The translations under genes were made by a program, and so were the position numbers. A stretch of DNA of 64,000 bases, from assembly GCA_965208755.1 (NCBI GenBank), contig OZ242353.1, positions 4,974,714 through 5,038,713 of the forward strand, read 5' to 3'. The notes below the pieces were generated by a model. It was not told the DNA's origin, ran no database searches, and was given only the letters and a program-made list of their open reading frames with translations. Positions 56,865 to 64,000 of this stretch are shown piece after piece (within the stretch, counting starts at the first letter, position 1; each line of letters starts with the position of its first letter). This DNA comes from Candidatus Multivorans sp. (GTDB lineage Bacteria; Acidobacteriota; Thermoanaerobaculia; Multivoradales; Multivoraceae).

Positions 56865-58672
56865 GGCTGTCCCCGGGCTCTGCCCTGGCCTTCGCGGAGT
56901 TGGTGGTACTCGCCTGGATTGAGCGTTCCGAAGGACTCCTCGGCGCCGCCGAGCCAGTCGACGCGGATGTCCTCGATGGTGGCGTCGCCGAGGCCGACAA
57001 GGACGCGCGGATCGCTTGAGGATGCGTAGCTCATCGCCGCGCGGACCCTGCGCGTGATCGTCCGGCCGTCGGTGAGCCGGACCCGGACCAGGCTTCCGAC
57101 GGCGTCTCGCCCGCCGTCCGCGGTGACCAGGCGGAGGCCGATCCAGCCGTTGTCCTGACCGGTCAGGTTGAGCAGCAGCCGTGCCGGTCCGTTGTTGTTC
57201 GTGATGAGAACGTCCGTGTCTCCGTCGTTGTCGACGTCGCCGAAGGCGGCGCCGCGGGAGACCTCGTAGGCCGTGAAGGCCGGTCCGCCGAGTGCGGATA
57301 CGTCCTCGAAGCGGCCGTCGCCGAGGTTGCGGAAGATCTGGTTCGGTTGGCCGAAGCGACGCTCGTGTTCGCTGCCCGCGGCCGCGCGCGCGGCTGCCGG
57401 GTCGCCCGAGCGGGCGCGGTCCAGGCGCCGCACGGCGCCGTTCACCGCCAGCAGGTCGAGGTCGCCGTCGTTGTCGAAATCGAACCAGCCGGTGCCGAAA
57501 CCGGTCATCGGCAGGCTGGGGGTGTCCAGGCCGGCCGGCATGCCGGCGTCGGTGAACAGGCCGTCGCCGTCGTTCAGGTAGAGGGTGCTCGTCTCGTTCG
57601 TGATGTGGGTCACGTAGAGATCCTCGTCGCCGTCTCCGTCCAGGTCACCGGCGTCGACACCCATGCCCGCCTCGGCCTCGCCGCGGCGATTGACCGCCGA
57701 GCCGCCGAACAGGGCCCGGTTCTCGAAGCGGCCGCCACCGCGGTTCATCCACATCTGGTTCGGCGTACCGTCGTTGGCGACGTAGAGGTCGAGGCGGCCG
57801 TCGAGGTCGAGGTCGGCCGGCACGGCGCCGAGGCCGTTGCCGAACTCGGTGGCGAGGCCGGCGCGCTCCGTCGTCTGTTCGAAGCGTCCGTCCCCGAGGT
57901 TGCGGAACAGGCGGTCCGGCTCGGCCCGGTAGGTCTTCGGGCTGCAGTAGTCCGGCTCGCCGCTGCCGAAGGTGCAGAGCGTGTGGCTGCCGAGGTTGAA
58001 GTCGACGTAGTTGGCGACGAACAGGTCGAGCATGCCGTCGCCGTCGTAGTCGAAGAAAGTGGCGGGCACGCTCCATCTGGGATCGTCGGCCTCGGCAGCC
58101 GCCGCCACGTCCTCGAAGCGGCCGTTGCCGAGATTCCGCCAGAGCCGGTTGGAGCCCAGGTTCGTCACGTAGAGGTCGACGCGGCCGTCCCCGTCGAAGT
58201 CCCCGGCGGCGACGCCCATGCCGTAGCCGGTGGAACCGATGCCGGACTCTTCGGTGACGTCGACGAAGCGCAGTTCGCCGGTCTCGACCAGTTCATTGCG
58301 GAACAGGCGGTCACGGGCGGGAGAGCCGGCCGCTCCGTCGGCCGGCTCCAGGTCGGCTCCCTGGACCAGGTAGGCGTCCAGATCGCCGTCGCCGTCGGCG
58401 TCGAACAGCGCCGCGCCCGAACCCATGATCTCGGGCAGCAGGTAGCGGCCCCGGGCGCCGTTTCGGTGGCGGAAGACGAGGCCTGTTTCGGTGGCTCGTT
58501 CCTCGAAGGCGACAGGCGTCTCCGGCGCTGCGGCTACTCTCGATGCGGTCGGTTCCGTACCGTCCGCGGTCTGAGGTTGCCTGGAACATGCAGCGATCCC
58601 GGCCGTGCCGATGAGAACCCCGGCAAGAGCGAGCGGAAGGAGTGCATGGCGATGCTTCACCGCCGGATACAC
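56861..58672 (-). CDS. CRTAC1/ASPIC-UnbV family protein (FG-GAP repeats), probable lipoprotein
   Basis: Multiple FG-GAP-like D-x-D-G-D-G repeats (DADGDGDLD, DFDGDGRVDLYVTN, DYDGDGMLDLFVAN). C-terminal UnbV_ASPIC-like region. Confidence 0.75.
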   Translation of the reverse strand: MYPAVKHRHALLPLALAGVLIGTAGIAACSRQPQTADGTEPTASRVAAAPETPVAFEERATETGLVFRHRNGARGRYLLPEIMGSGAALFDADGDGDLDAYLVQGADLEPADGAAGSPARDRLFRNELVETGELRFVDVTEESGIGSTGYGMGVAAGDFDGDGRVDLYVTNLGSNRLWRNLGNGRFEDVAAAAEADDPRWSVPATFFDYDGDGMLDLFVANYVDFNLGSHTLCTFGSGEPDYCSPKTYRAEPDRLFRNLGDGRFEQTTERAGLATEFGNGLGAVPADLDLDGRLDLYVANDGTPNQMWMNRGGGRFENRALFGGSAVNRRGEAEAGMGVDAGDLDGDGDEDLYVTHITNETSTLYLNDGDGLFTDAGMPAGLDTPSLPMTGFGTGWFDFDNDGDLDLLAVNGAVRRLDRARSGDPAAARAAAGSEHERRFGQPNQIFRNLGDGRFEDVSALGGPAFTAYEVSRGAAFGDVDNDGDTDVLITNNNGPARLLLNLTGQDNGWIGLRLVTADGGRDAVGSLVRVRLTDGRTITRRVRAAMSYASSSDPRVLVGLGDATIEDIRVDWLGGAEESFGTLNPGEYHQLREGQGRARGQP

Positions 58673-58678
58673 CCGTGG

Positions 58679-59107
58679 TTACGGCCGGACCACGGTGAGA
58701 AACGGGAAGCGCCGGAAGTCCGTATCGCGGGTGCGGATCCGTCCGATCCCGTGTTCGCGCATGAGAACCGCGGTGTGCAGGTCGTGGCAGAGATTGCCTC
58801 GCGTTTCGGGCAGTTCGTCGAGGGTCTGCTCAAGCACGAGTTCGTGACGGGAGGTCGCGACGAGCACTTCGATTCCCGGCGCCGCCAGGATCTCCCGGAT
58901 GAAGCTCATGGCGTCTTGCGCGGCCCATGGCGTTGGCAGGACGCGCGGGTGGGTGACGACGCGAAGGAACTCGTAGCAGATGCTCCATGTCAGGAACGTC
59001 GGCGAGGGATCGCGCCGCGCCCGGTTCAACGCCTCCCGGCATACGTGGTGGAACTGCGACGTTCTGTTGGCGGCATCGACCAGCACGTTCGTGTCGATGA
59101 CCTCCAA
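58679..59107 (-). CDS. vapC: PIN-domain ribonuclease toxin (VapC-like)
   Basis: MEVIDTNVLVDA… start is typical of PIN domains. Acidic PIN residues are present. TTG start abuts the upstream antitoxin stop. Confidence 0.75.
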   Translation of the reverse strand: MEVIDTNVLVDAANRTSQFHHVCREALNRARRDPSPTFLTWSICYEFLRVVTHPRVLPTPWAAQDAMSFIREILAAPGIEVLVATSRHELVLEQTLDELPETRGNLCHDLHTAVLMREHGIGRIRTRDTDFRRFPFLTVVRP

Positions 59108-59350
59108 TTACCGCTCCTCTTCCATCGCCCGGTATAGCTCCTCCCGATCGGCGATGTCCACGCGTGGCAGCCCCCCATCCCAACTGGGAAGGGGCTTGAG
59201 GTCGGCGCCCCCTGCGCTCGGTCCCGGATCGGCGGCCAGGACGCGCCTGAGCCCGGCTTCGACCAGAGCGGACATCGTCGTGCCGCGCGCCGCCGCGGTT
59301 TCCTTGAGCCTCTGCATGACCGTGTCGTCGATGCTCAATGTCGTCTTCAT
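59108..59350 (-). CDS. vapB: Antitoxin, VapB-type (ribbon-helix-helix-like)
   Basis: ~80 aa beginning MKTTLSIDDTVMQRLKETAAARGTTMSALVEAGLRRVL. Immediately upstream of the PIN gene. Confidence 0.65.
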   Translation of the reverse strand: MKTTLSIDDTVMQRLKETAAARGTTMSALVEAGLRRVLAADPGPSAGGADLKPLPSWDGGLPRVDIADREELYRAMEEER

Positions 59351-59427
59351 ATGGAAAACCATACCTGGCCTGTCCCGGTGGCGTCAATGCGTTCCCCATC
59401 GAATGGCCGCGCGGGCCGGGACGGAAC

Positions 59428-60441
59428 TCAACGCTTGCGCTTTCGGCGTCTTTCCATGAGGCGGAGGAAGTCCGTTGCGCTCGCGCACCGGAGAGCCGCG
59501 CGCATGAGTTCGACCTCGTCGAGGTCGCCGGTGGCGCTCAGCGCCGCGCTCAACTCCGGCGTGACGGCTATTCCTCGTTCCTCGAGGACGGCGATTGCGC
59601 TGGCCGCTCTTGCTTGAGCCCTGCCCTCGATTCTCCCTTCGGCCCGGCCTTCGTCGCGGCCTTCGTCGCGGTGACGCCGCAGCCAGGGATCGGCGTCCGG
59701 TCCGGCGCCGGCGACTGCCGCCAACGCCATTCCCACGCGGTGAAGGGCCTCGACCGTGCCGTGTGACCTCGCGGGTTCGTTGAGCGCCGCGTGGATCTCC
59801 TCCGCCTTCCAAGCGGGGAACGCGCGGCTGCCGGCCGCCTCGCGGAAGCGCCCGCCTTCGAGAACGTGAATCGTGAGGCCTGATTTCCGGGATTTCGGAC
59901 GCCCCTCCCAGTGGGCCTCCGGCACGTCGACCCACACCTCGGGGAAGCCCCAGGCTTCGTAGAGCGGCACCTTCCAGCCCCGTACGTCGGTGGAGTAGTC
60001 GACTTCGAGGACGACGTCGGGTTTGTCGTCCACTTCCACGTCGACCCTCCGTTTCAACTCTCCGGCAGCCGGCGGGTTGAGAAAGACGATCTGGTCCGCC
60101 TGCAGCAACTGGAGAATCCTGCCGCTGCGTCCGAACCGAGCCAGATCGGCGGTCCCGAACGTCTCGATGGGCGCACCCCTGGAAGCGGCGATCAGGTGCG
60201 CGAGGCCGGCCAACCGCTGCGAGGGCTGTTCGTGGTAGGTGCTCGTCGGCTCGCTGACGACCATCGCCGTCGCGGTGCGCGCTTCCCAGTACTCCACGCG
60301 GCCTTCGTAGTCCTCGATCTGCTCGGGCGGGATGTGGATGGCCTCGCAGCCGGGGAAGTCCGCCCGGTCGAGCGGCGCGGCCGCCAAGTCGTGGTCTTCG
60401 TGCTTCGGCGCCGCTGTCGCGGCGTGCATGGGCTCCGCCAT
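59428..60441 (-). CDS. Uma2-family (DUF820) PD-(D/E)xK endonuclease with an Rpn/YhgA-like C-terminal tail
   Basis: Restriction-endonuclease-like Uma2 body. C-terminal DEGRDEGRAEGRIEGR… followed by IAVLEERGIAVTPELSAA…, which resembles the Rpn (transposase_31) C-terminal repeat/helix. Confidence 0.6.
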   Translation of the reverse strand: MAEPMHAATAAPKHEDHDLAAAPLDRADFPGCEAIHIPPEQIEDYEGRVEYWEARTATAMVVSEPTSTYHEQPSQRLAGLAHLIAASRGAPIETFGTADLARFGRSGRILQLLQADQIVFLNPPAAGELKRRVDVEVDDKPDVVLEVDYSTDVRGWKVPLYEAWGFPEVWVDVPEAHWEGRPKSRKSGLTIHVLEGGRFREAAGSRAFPAWKAEEIHAALNEPARSHGTVEALHRVGMALAAVAGAGPDADPWLRRHRDEGRDEGRAEGRIEGRAQARAASAIAVLEERGIAVTPELSAALSATGDLDEVELMRAALRCASATDFLRLMERRRKRKR

Positions 60442-60606
60442 GAGCGGATCCTATAGTGCCGGACGCTGCTTTCAGGCCAAGCGGGTCTCAGGTCCTCCTG
60501 GCCATCTTGTAGCGTAAGTCTTCGGCGAGGCGCGAGAAGGCGAGTCCACACGTCCCTCAATGGGCTGCGCCGGCTGCCGATCCCAACGTCAATGAGAGAC
60601 AGGAAA

Positions 60607-60634
60607 GGGGGAGAGAGCCGATGCCCTCTCCCCC
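60607..60634. terminator. Perfect 9-bp inverted repeat (gggggagag…ctctccccc, 10-nt loop) between convergent/divergent genes. Probable intrinsic terminator for the TonB-receptor gene on the minus strand.
   Basis: The palindrome is read directly in the sequence. A pyrimidine/T-rich tract follows on both strands. It lies 48 nt downstream of the receptor's stop codon. Confidence 0.4.
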
Positions 60635-60682
60635 TTGATTCTCTGATCCGGTGACCGGGAGGTCCGGATCGTGTGACCCGAT

Positions 60683-63600
60683 CTAGAACCGAATCTTGAA
60701 GTTCGCGCGGATAGTCCGTGGGCGCTGGAAGAACCGGCGCACGGGAAGAACCTCGCCGCTGCTGTTCCACGAGCGCCGGCGCTGTTGGTTCGTCACGTTC
60801 AGCACCTCGACCTGCAGTTCGCCGCGCGTTTCGCGGAAACCCAGGGGGAAGCCCCAGGCACCGCTCATGTTGACCGTGTACTCGTCCGCGGTCCGCCGTC
60901 CTTCCGTGCCCGACGGGTGGAGGGGGAAGCCGACGCCCGTGTTCGAAGTTCCGGGGCGCTGGTTGGCGTTCGCGTCCGTGACGTCGACGGGCAGGCAGAT
61001 CGGGATGTTCGCCGGGATGCCGGGGGGCCGCGGACCGCAGGGGCGTTCGTAGCCGGCGCCGGAGGTCGTGTTCCAGGGCGTTCCGGTCTGGAACGTCAGG
61101 TGGCCGCCCAGGGTCAGGTCGTTGCTGCCCAGGCGCCAGGTCTTGAACCCGAAGCTGTTCCAGATCCACTCGCGGTCGGTGGTGCCGTTGGCGCCGCGCC
61201 GGTTGATCATGCTCGCCGGGTATCCCAGCCAGTCCGTCAGACGGGCGACGCAGTCCTCTGGATAGAGCGGCGTCCTGCCGGTACGACGATCCGGCCTCGT
61301 CTGTGCCGCCTGGCAACTGTCGATGTTCTGCTGGTTCAGAACCACATGGGCCGCTTCGAGGTAGCTGCTGTTCGTGTTGTTCCACCAGGCGCCGGCGCCG
61401 GTTGTGTCCGTACTGGCCCAGGCCATGTTGTTGTACAGCGCCCAACCGTCCGCGAAGCGGCGGTTCAACTGGAGTTGAACCCCCTTGAACGAGTTCTTCG
61501 CCGGATCGGCCCTCTCCAGGGCTTCACGGTTCAGTTGCGCGGGCCGTTCTGCCGGGTCGTAGCCCTGCGCGGCCCAGGTCGCGGCCCGCGCGTCGTCGAA
61601 TGCGACCAGGATGTCGAACAGATCGTGGTAGTTCTCGGTGACGCCGATGTTTCGTCCGAGATGGTCGAGCTGGTTGTTGGAGAACATCATGTCCTGCAAC
61701 TGCCAGTCGATGTACTTGACGTCGAGCGCCCAGTTCGGCCGGAACTGCCACTCGAGGCCGAGAATCGCCTCCTGCTTGTAGTACGTCTGGACGTCGTAGT
61801 CCAGAACGCCTGCCTGAACGGCGTCCCACATGCGGCCCGGCGTCGTCAGCTCCCAGGAGAGGTTGTAGCCGGGCAGCGGCGCGCCGACCGTTCCGTTGTG
61901 GAGCGAGTCTCTCCGCTGCGGAACGCGGCAGCCGTAGTTCGTCAGGCCGACAGCCTGCAGGAAGTCGAACGTCGCTATGTCCGCCGGGTCGCAGAAGAGG
62001 AAGACCTCGTGCCCTTCGTAGCCGTTCCACAGGTCGTGCAGGCTGGGGACGTCCGAGTCTCCGCCCGAGACCCACGCCTGGTTCAGCATCGCGTGGTACT
62101 GGCCCCAGCTCGCGTTGAGCAACAGGGCGCCGTCGCCCTTGATGTCGTAGGTGATGTTCAGCCGCGGGTCGACGTAGCTGTCGTCGATGACCTGGCGCCG
62201 AACGTCGTTCCAGGCTTCCTGGGTCTCGGCCCGGAGGCCCATGTTGACCGTCCAGTGATCGCCGATCGTGAAGCGGTCGCGGACGTAGTAGCCGAGGTTG
62301 CGGACCTCGCTGTCGCCGCTGCCGCGTCCGACGCAGGTGCCGACGGTGCGGACCGTCTCGCCGTTGATGTGCTCGACCGTGGTCGGCCGGTGAGGCATTC
62401 CGTCGGGCGCGTTGCCCTCGCAGGTCAGGAAGGTCGAGTTGTGATCGGTGAAGTAGCAGGTCCGGCCCCGGATGGCCGAAGTCCCGGTGCGGGTGAACGG
62501 CGTGGCGCAGGTGTCGTCGGCGATCGTGCCGGCGCCCAGGTAACCGAACGGGTTCGTCGGATCGAAGCCCCAGCCCTGGAGCAGGGGCACGCGGGCATTC
62601 TCGCCCTCCCACTTCGTGTCCTGGTAGTCGAATCCGTACTTCAGCTCGTGGTTCGCGCCCGCGAAGTGGGTCAGGCCGACGTTCGCCTGTTCGCGCGGGA
62701 ACGCGTTGAAGCCGAAGCCGTCGGAGAGGATCCAGCCGTTATGCCAGGAGGAGAGGTTCTCGCCGTCCCGGTAGACGTTGTAGTTGTTGCCGGGGTAGAA
62801 GATGCCCTTGCTCGGATCGAACGGGAAGCGCAGCGGGTAGCTGGTGTCGCCGCCCGACGTGTTCGTCGCCGTGTGGCCGGCGACCGGACCGCGGTCGAGC
62901 GACTTCGCCTGCAGGCAGGTCTCGACCATGCGCGCCGGCGTGTCGCGGTAGTTGTCCTGGGACAACCACTCCAGGATCGGAATGCCGTCCACCGCCTGGG
63001 CGGCCGGGTTCTCCTGCTCGAGCATGTCGTGGCAGGCGAGGAACTTGTTCTCCTGCGTCTCCTGGTCGGCGATCTTCGCTTCCATGAACCAGTTGCTGGA
63101 GAGGGCCCAGTTCCAACTGACGGTGGAGAGGACGCTGTCGTTCTCGTGCGGCGTCGGCGTCCAGTAGTCGTAGGACTGCCAGTTGAAGTAGTTCCTGAAC
63201 GCCGGGGTGTCGATCCAGGAGGCGGCGAACGAGTGCGGCGCCGACGGCTGCATGTTCAGCTTGAGGATGCGGGCGTCGGCGAACAGGCTGACGTCGTACG
63301 GGTCGCCGCCGAGCAGGCGCTCGGAGTAGGCGTCGTCGAACTCGGAGGCGCCGAGGAAGAACCAGAACTTGTCCCGCCGCAGCGGGCCGCCGGTCGAGAA
63401 CTCGTAGCCGTCGCTGGAGCCGGCCCACTCGTCGCTGCCCGGCAGGCAGGCGTCGCGGTTGATCGTCGAGACCTCCTCGACGATGCTGGGCGGAATCTGG
63501 CCGCGGCCCTGGTCCCGTTCGTCGCCGTGGCAGCGCTTGAACCAATCGACCGGGTAAGGCCGGTTCCGCCGTTCCGCCAGCGAGGGCTGGTCCTTGTAGT

Positions 63601-64000
63601 CGGCGCTCCAGTCGACGCGCTGGTGGTTCCAGAGGACGTCCGCGTGCCACCGGTTCGTGCCCGACTTGACGATCACGTTGGTCGAGGATCCGATGTAGCG
63701 GCCGTACTCGGCGGAGGAGCCGCCGGCCTCCATCGACACCTCGGTCAGCGCCGTGGTGGGCAGGAAGACGCGGCTGCCGCCGAACTTGGCGAACGTCGTG
63801 TCGACGCCGTCTACGTAGACGCCCTGGTCGGCGAAGTGGGTGCCGTTGACGGAAGGCCGCGTCTGCTGGATGTCGTCGTTCTCCGCGTCGGAGGTGACCC
63901 CAGGCAAGGCGTTGATCACGCCGTAGTACGTCCTCGTCGTGCCGGCGGTCCGCTCGCCGATCTCGGAGGTGACGGTGCTGCCGGCGGTGACGTTGAACTT
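60683..64000 (-). CDS. TonB-dependent outer-membrane receptor; 5' end lies beyond the window
   Basis: The frame is open to the window end. C-terminus …FQRPRTIRANFKIRF ends in a terminal aromatic residue, typical of TBDR beta-barrels. Large beta-rich, Gly/Tyr/Asn-rich body. Confidence 0.6.
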   Translation of the reverse strand, partial: KFNVTAGSTVTSEIGERTAGTTRTYYGVINALPGVTSDAENDDIQQTRPSVNGTHFADQGVYVDGVDTTFAKFGGSRVFLPTTALTEVSMEAGGSSAEYGRYIGSSTNVIVKSGTNRWHADVLWNHQRVDWSADYKDQPSLAERRNRPYPVDWFKRCHGDERDQGRGQIPPSIVEEVSTINRDACLPGSDEWAGSSDGYEFSTGGPLRRDKFWFFLGASEFDDAYSERLLGGDPYDVSLFADARILKLNMQPSAPHSFAASWIDTPAFRNYFNWQSYDYWTPTPHENDSVLSTVSWNWALSSNWFMEAKIADQETQENKFLACHDMLEQENPAAQAVDGIPILEWLSQDNYRDTPARMVETCLQAKSLDRGPVAGHTATNTSGGDTSYPLRFPFDPSKGIFYPGNNYNVYRDGENLSSWHNGWILSDGFGFNAFPREQANVGLTHFAGANHELKYGFDYQDTKWEGENARVPLLQGWGFDPTNPFGYLGAGTIADDTCATPFTRTGTSAIRGRTCYFTDHNSTFLTCEGNAPDGMPHRPTTVEHINGETVRTVGTCVGRGSGDSEVRNLGYYVRDRFTIGDHWTVNMGLRAETQEAWNDVRRQVIDDSYVDPRLNITYDIKGDGALLLNASWGQYHAMLNQAWVSGGDSDVPSLHDLWNGYEGHEVFLFCDPADIATFDFLQAVGLTNYGCRVPQRRDSLHNGTVGAPLPGYNLSWELTTPGRMWDAVQAGVLDYDVQTYYKQEAILGLEWQFRPNWALDVKYIDWQLQDMMFSNNQLDHLGRNIGVTENYHDLFDILVAFDDARAATWAAQGYDPAERPAQLNREALERADPAKNSFKGVQLQLNRRFADGWALYNNMAWASTDTTGAGAWWNNTNSSYLEAAHVVLNQQNIDSCQAAQTRPDRRTGRTPLYPEDCVARLTDWLGYPASMINRRGANGTTDREWIWNSFGFKTWRLGSNDLTLGGHLTFQTGTPWNTTSGAGYERPCGPRPPGIPANIPICLPVDVTDANANQRPGTSNTGVGFPLHPSGTEGRRTADEYTVNMSGAWGFPLGFRETRGELQVEVLNVTNQQRRRSWNSSGEVLPVRRFFQRPRTIRANFKIRF

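Overview
High-GC (~70%) bacterial chromosomal window with dense, mostly non-overlapping genes. No rRNA, tRNA or CRISPR was recognised. The phylum cannot be assigned from sequence alone; DUF1501/DUF1553-PSCyt pairs, giant VWA proteins, CRTAC1/TPR pairs and Pro/Glu-rich linkers suggest an environmental Gram-negative lineage.

Coordinates 1-19.2 kb and 44.2-64 kb carry ordinary metabolism and envelope genes:
- YbdK-type carboxylate-amine ligase and a DAACS symporter
- an Aminopep-like lipoprotein, GlpQ, a molybdopterin oxidoreductase and SerC
- a diheme cytochrome c
- carboxylesterase, M20 peptidase, PQQ dehydrogenase and an FAH-family hydrolase
- two giant VWA proteins, a DUF1501/DUF1553 pair and PurU
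- a TPR protein with a CRTAC1/ASPIC protein
- VapBC, a Uma2-family nuclease and a TonB-dependent receptor

Two regions stand out.

(1) 19.2-44.1 kb is a head-to-tail array of 11 co-oriented paralogous genes encoding secreted, modular proteins. Each has a signal peptide, a conserved ~300-aa N-domain with a thrombospondin-type-3-like DxDxDGxxDxxD motif, variable Calx-beta-like inserts, hypervariable poly-Pro/(PE)n linkers, a PKD domain and a Cys-flanked ~115-aa C-terminal domain. The last ~650 bp of each copy is near-identical at nucleotide level. Consecutive genes are fused by a conserved overlapping ATGA stop/start junction. A diverged stand-alone copy of the C-terminal domain is encoded divergently just upstream. 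The terminal array member is a chimera carrying PEP-utilizer and PPDK_N-like domains.

(2) 9.4-13.0 kb encodes a RecQ-family helicase fused to a ComF-like phosphoribosyltransferase domain, followed immediately by a DprA/Smf-like protein with a C-terminal winged helix. This pairing is reminiscent of ShosTA-type PRTase+DprA toxin/defence modules, but with a helicase fusion. It is a candidate novel defence or DNA-processing module.
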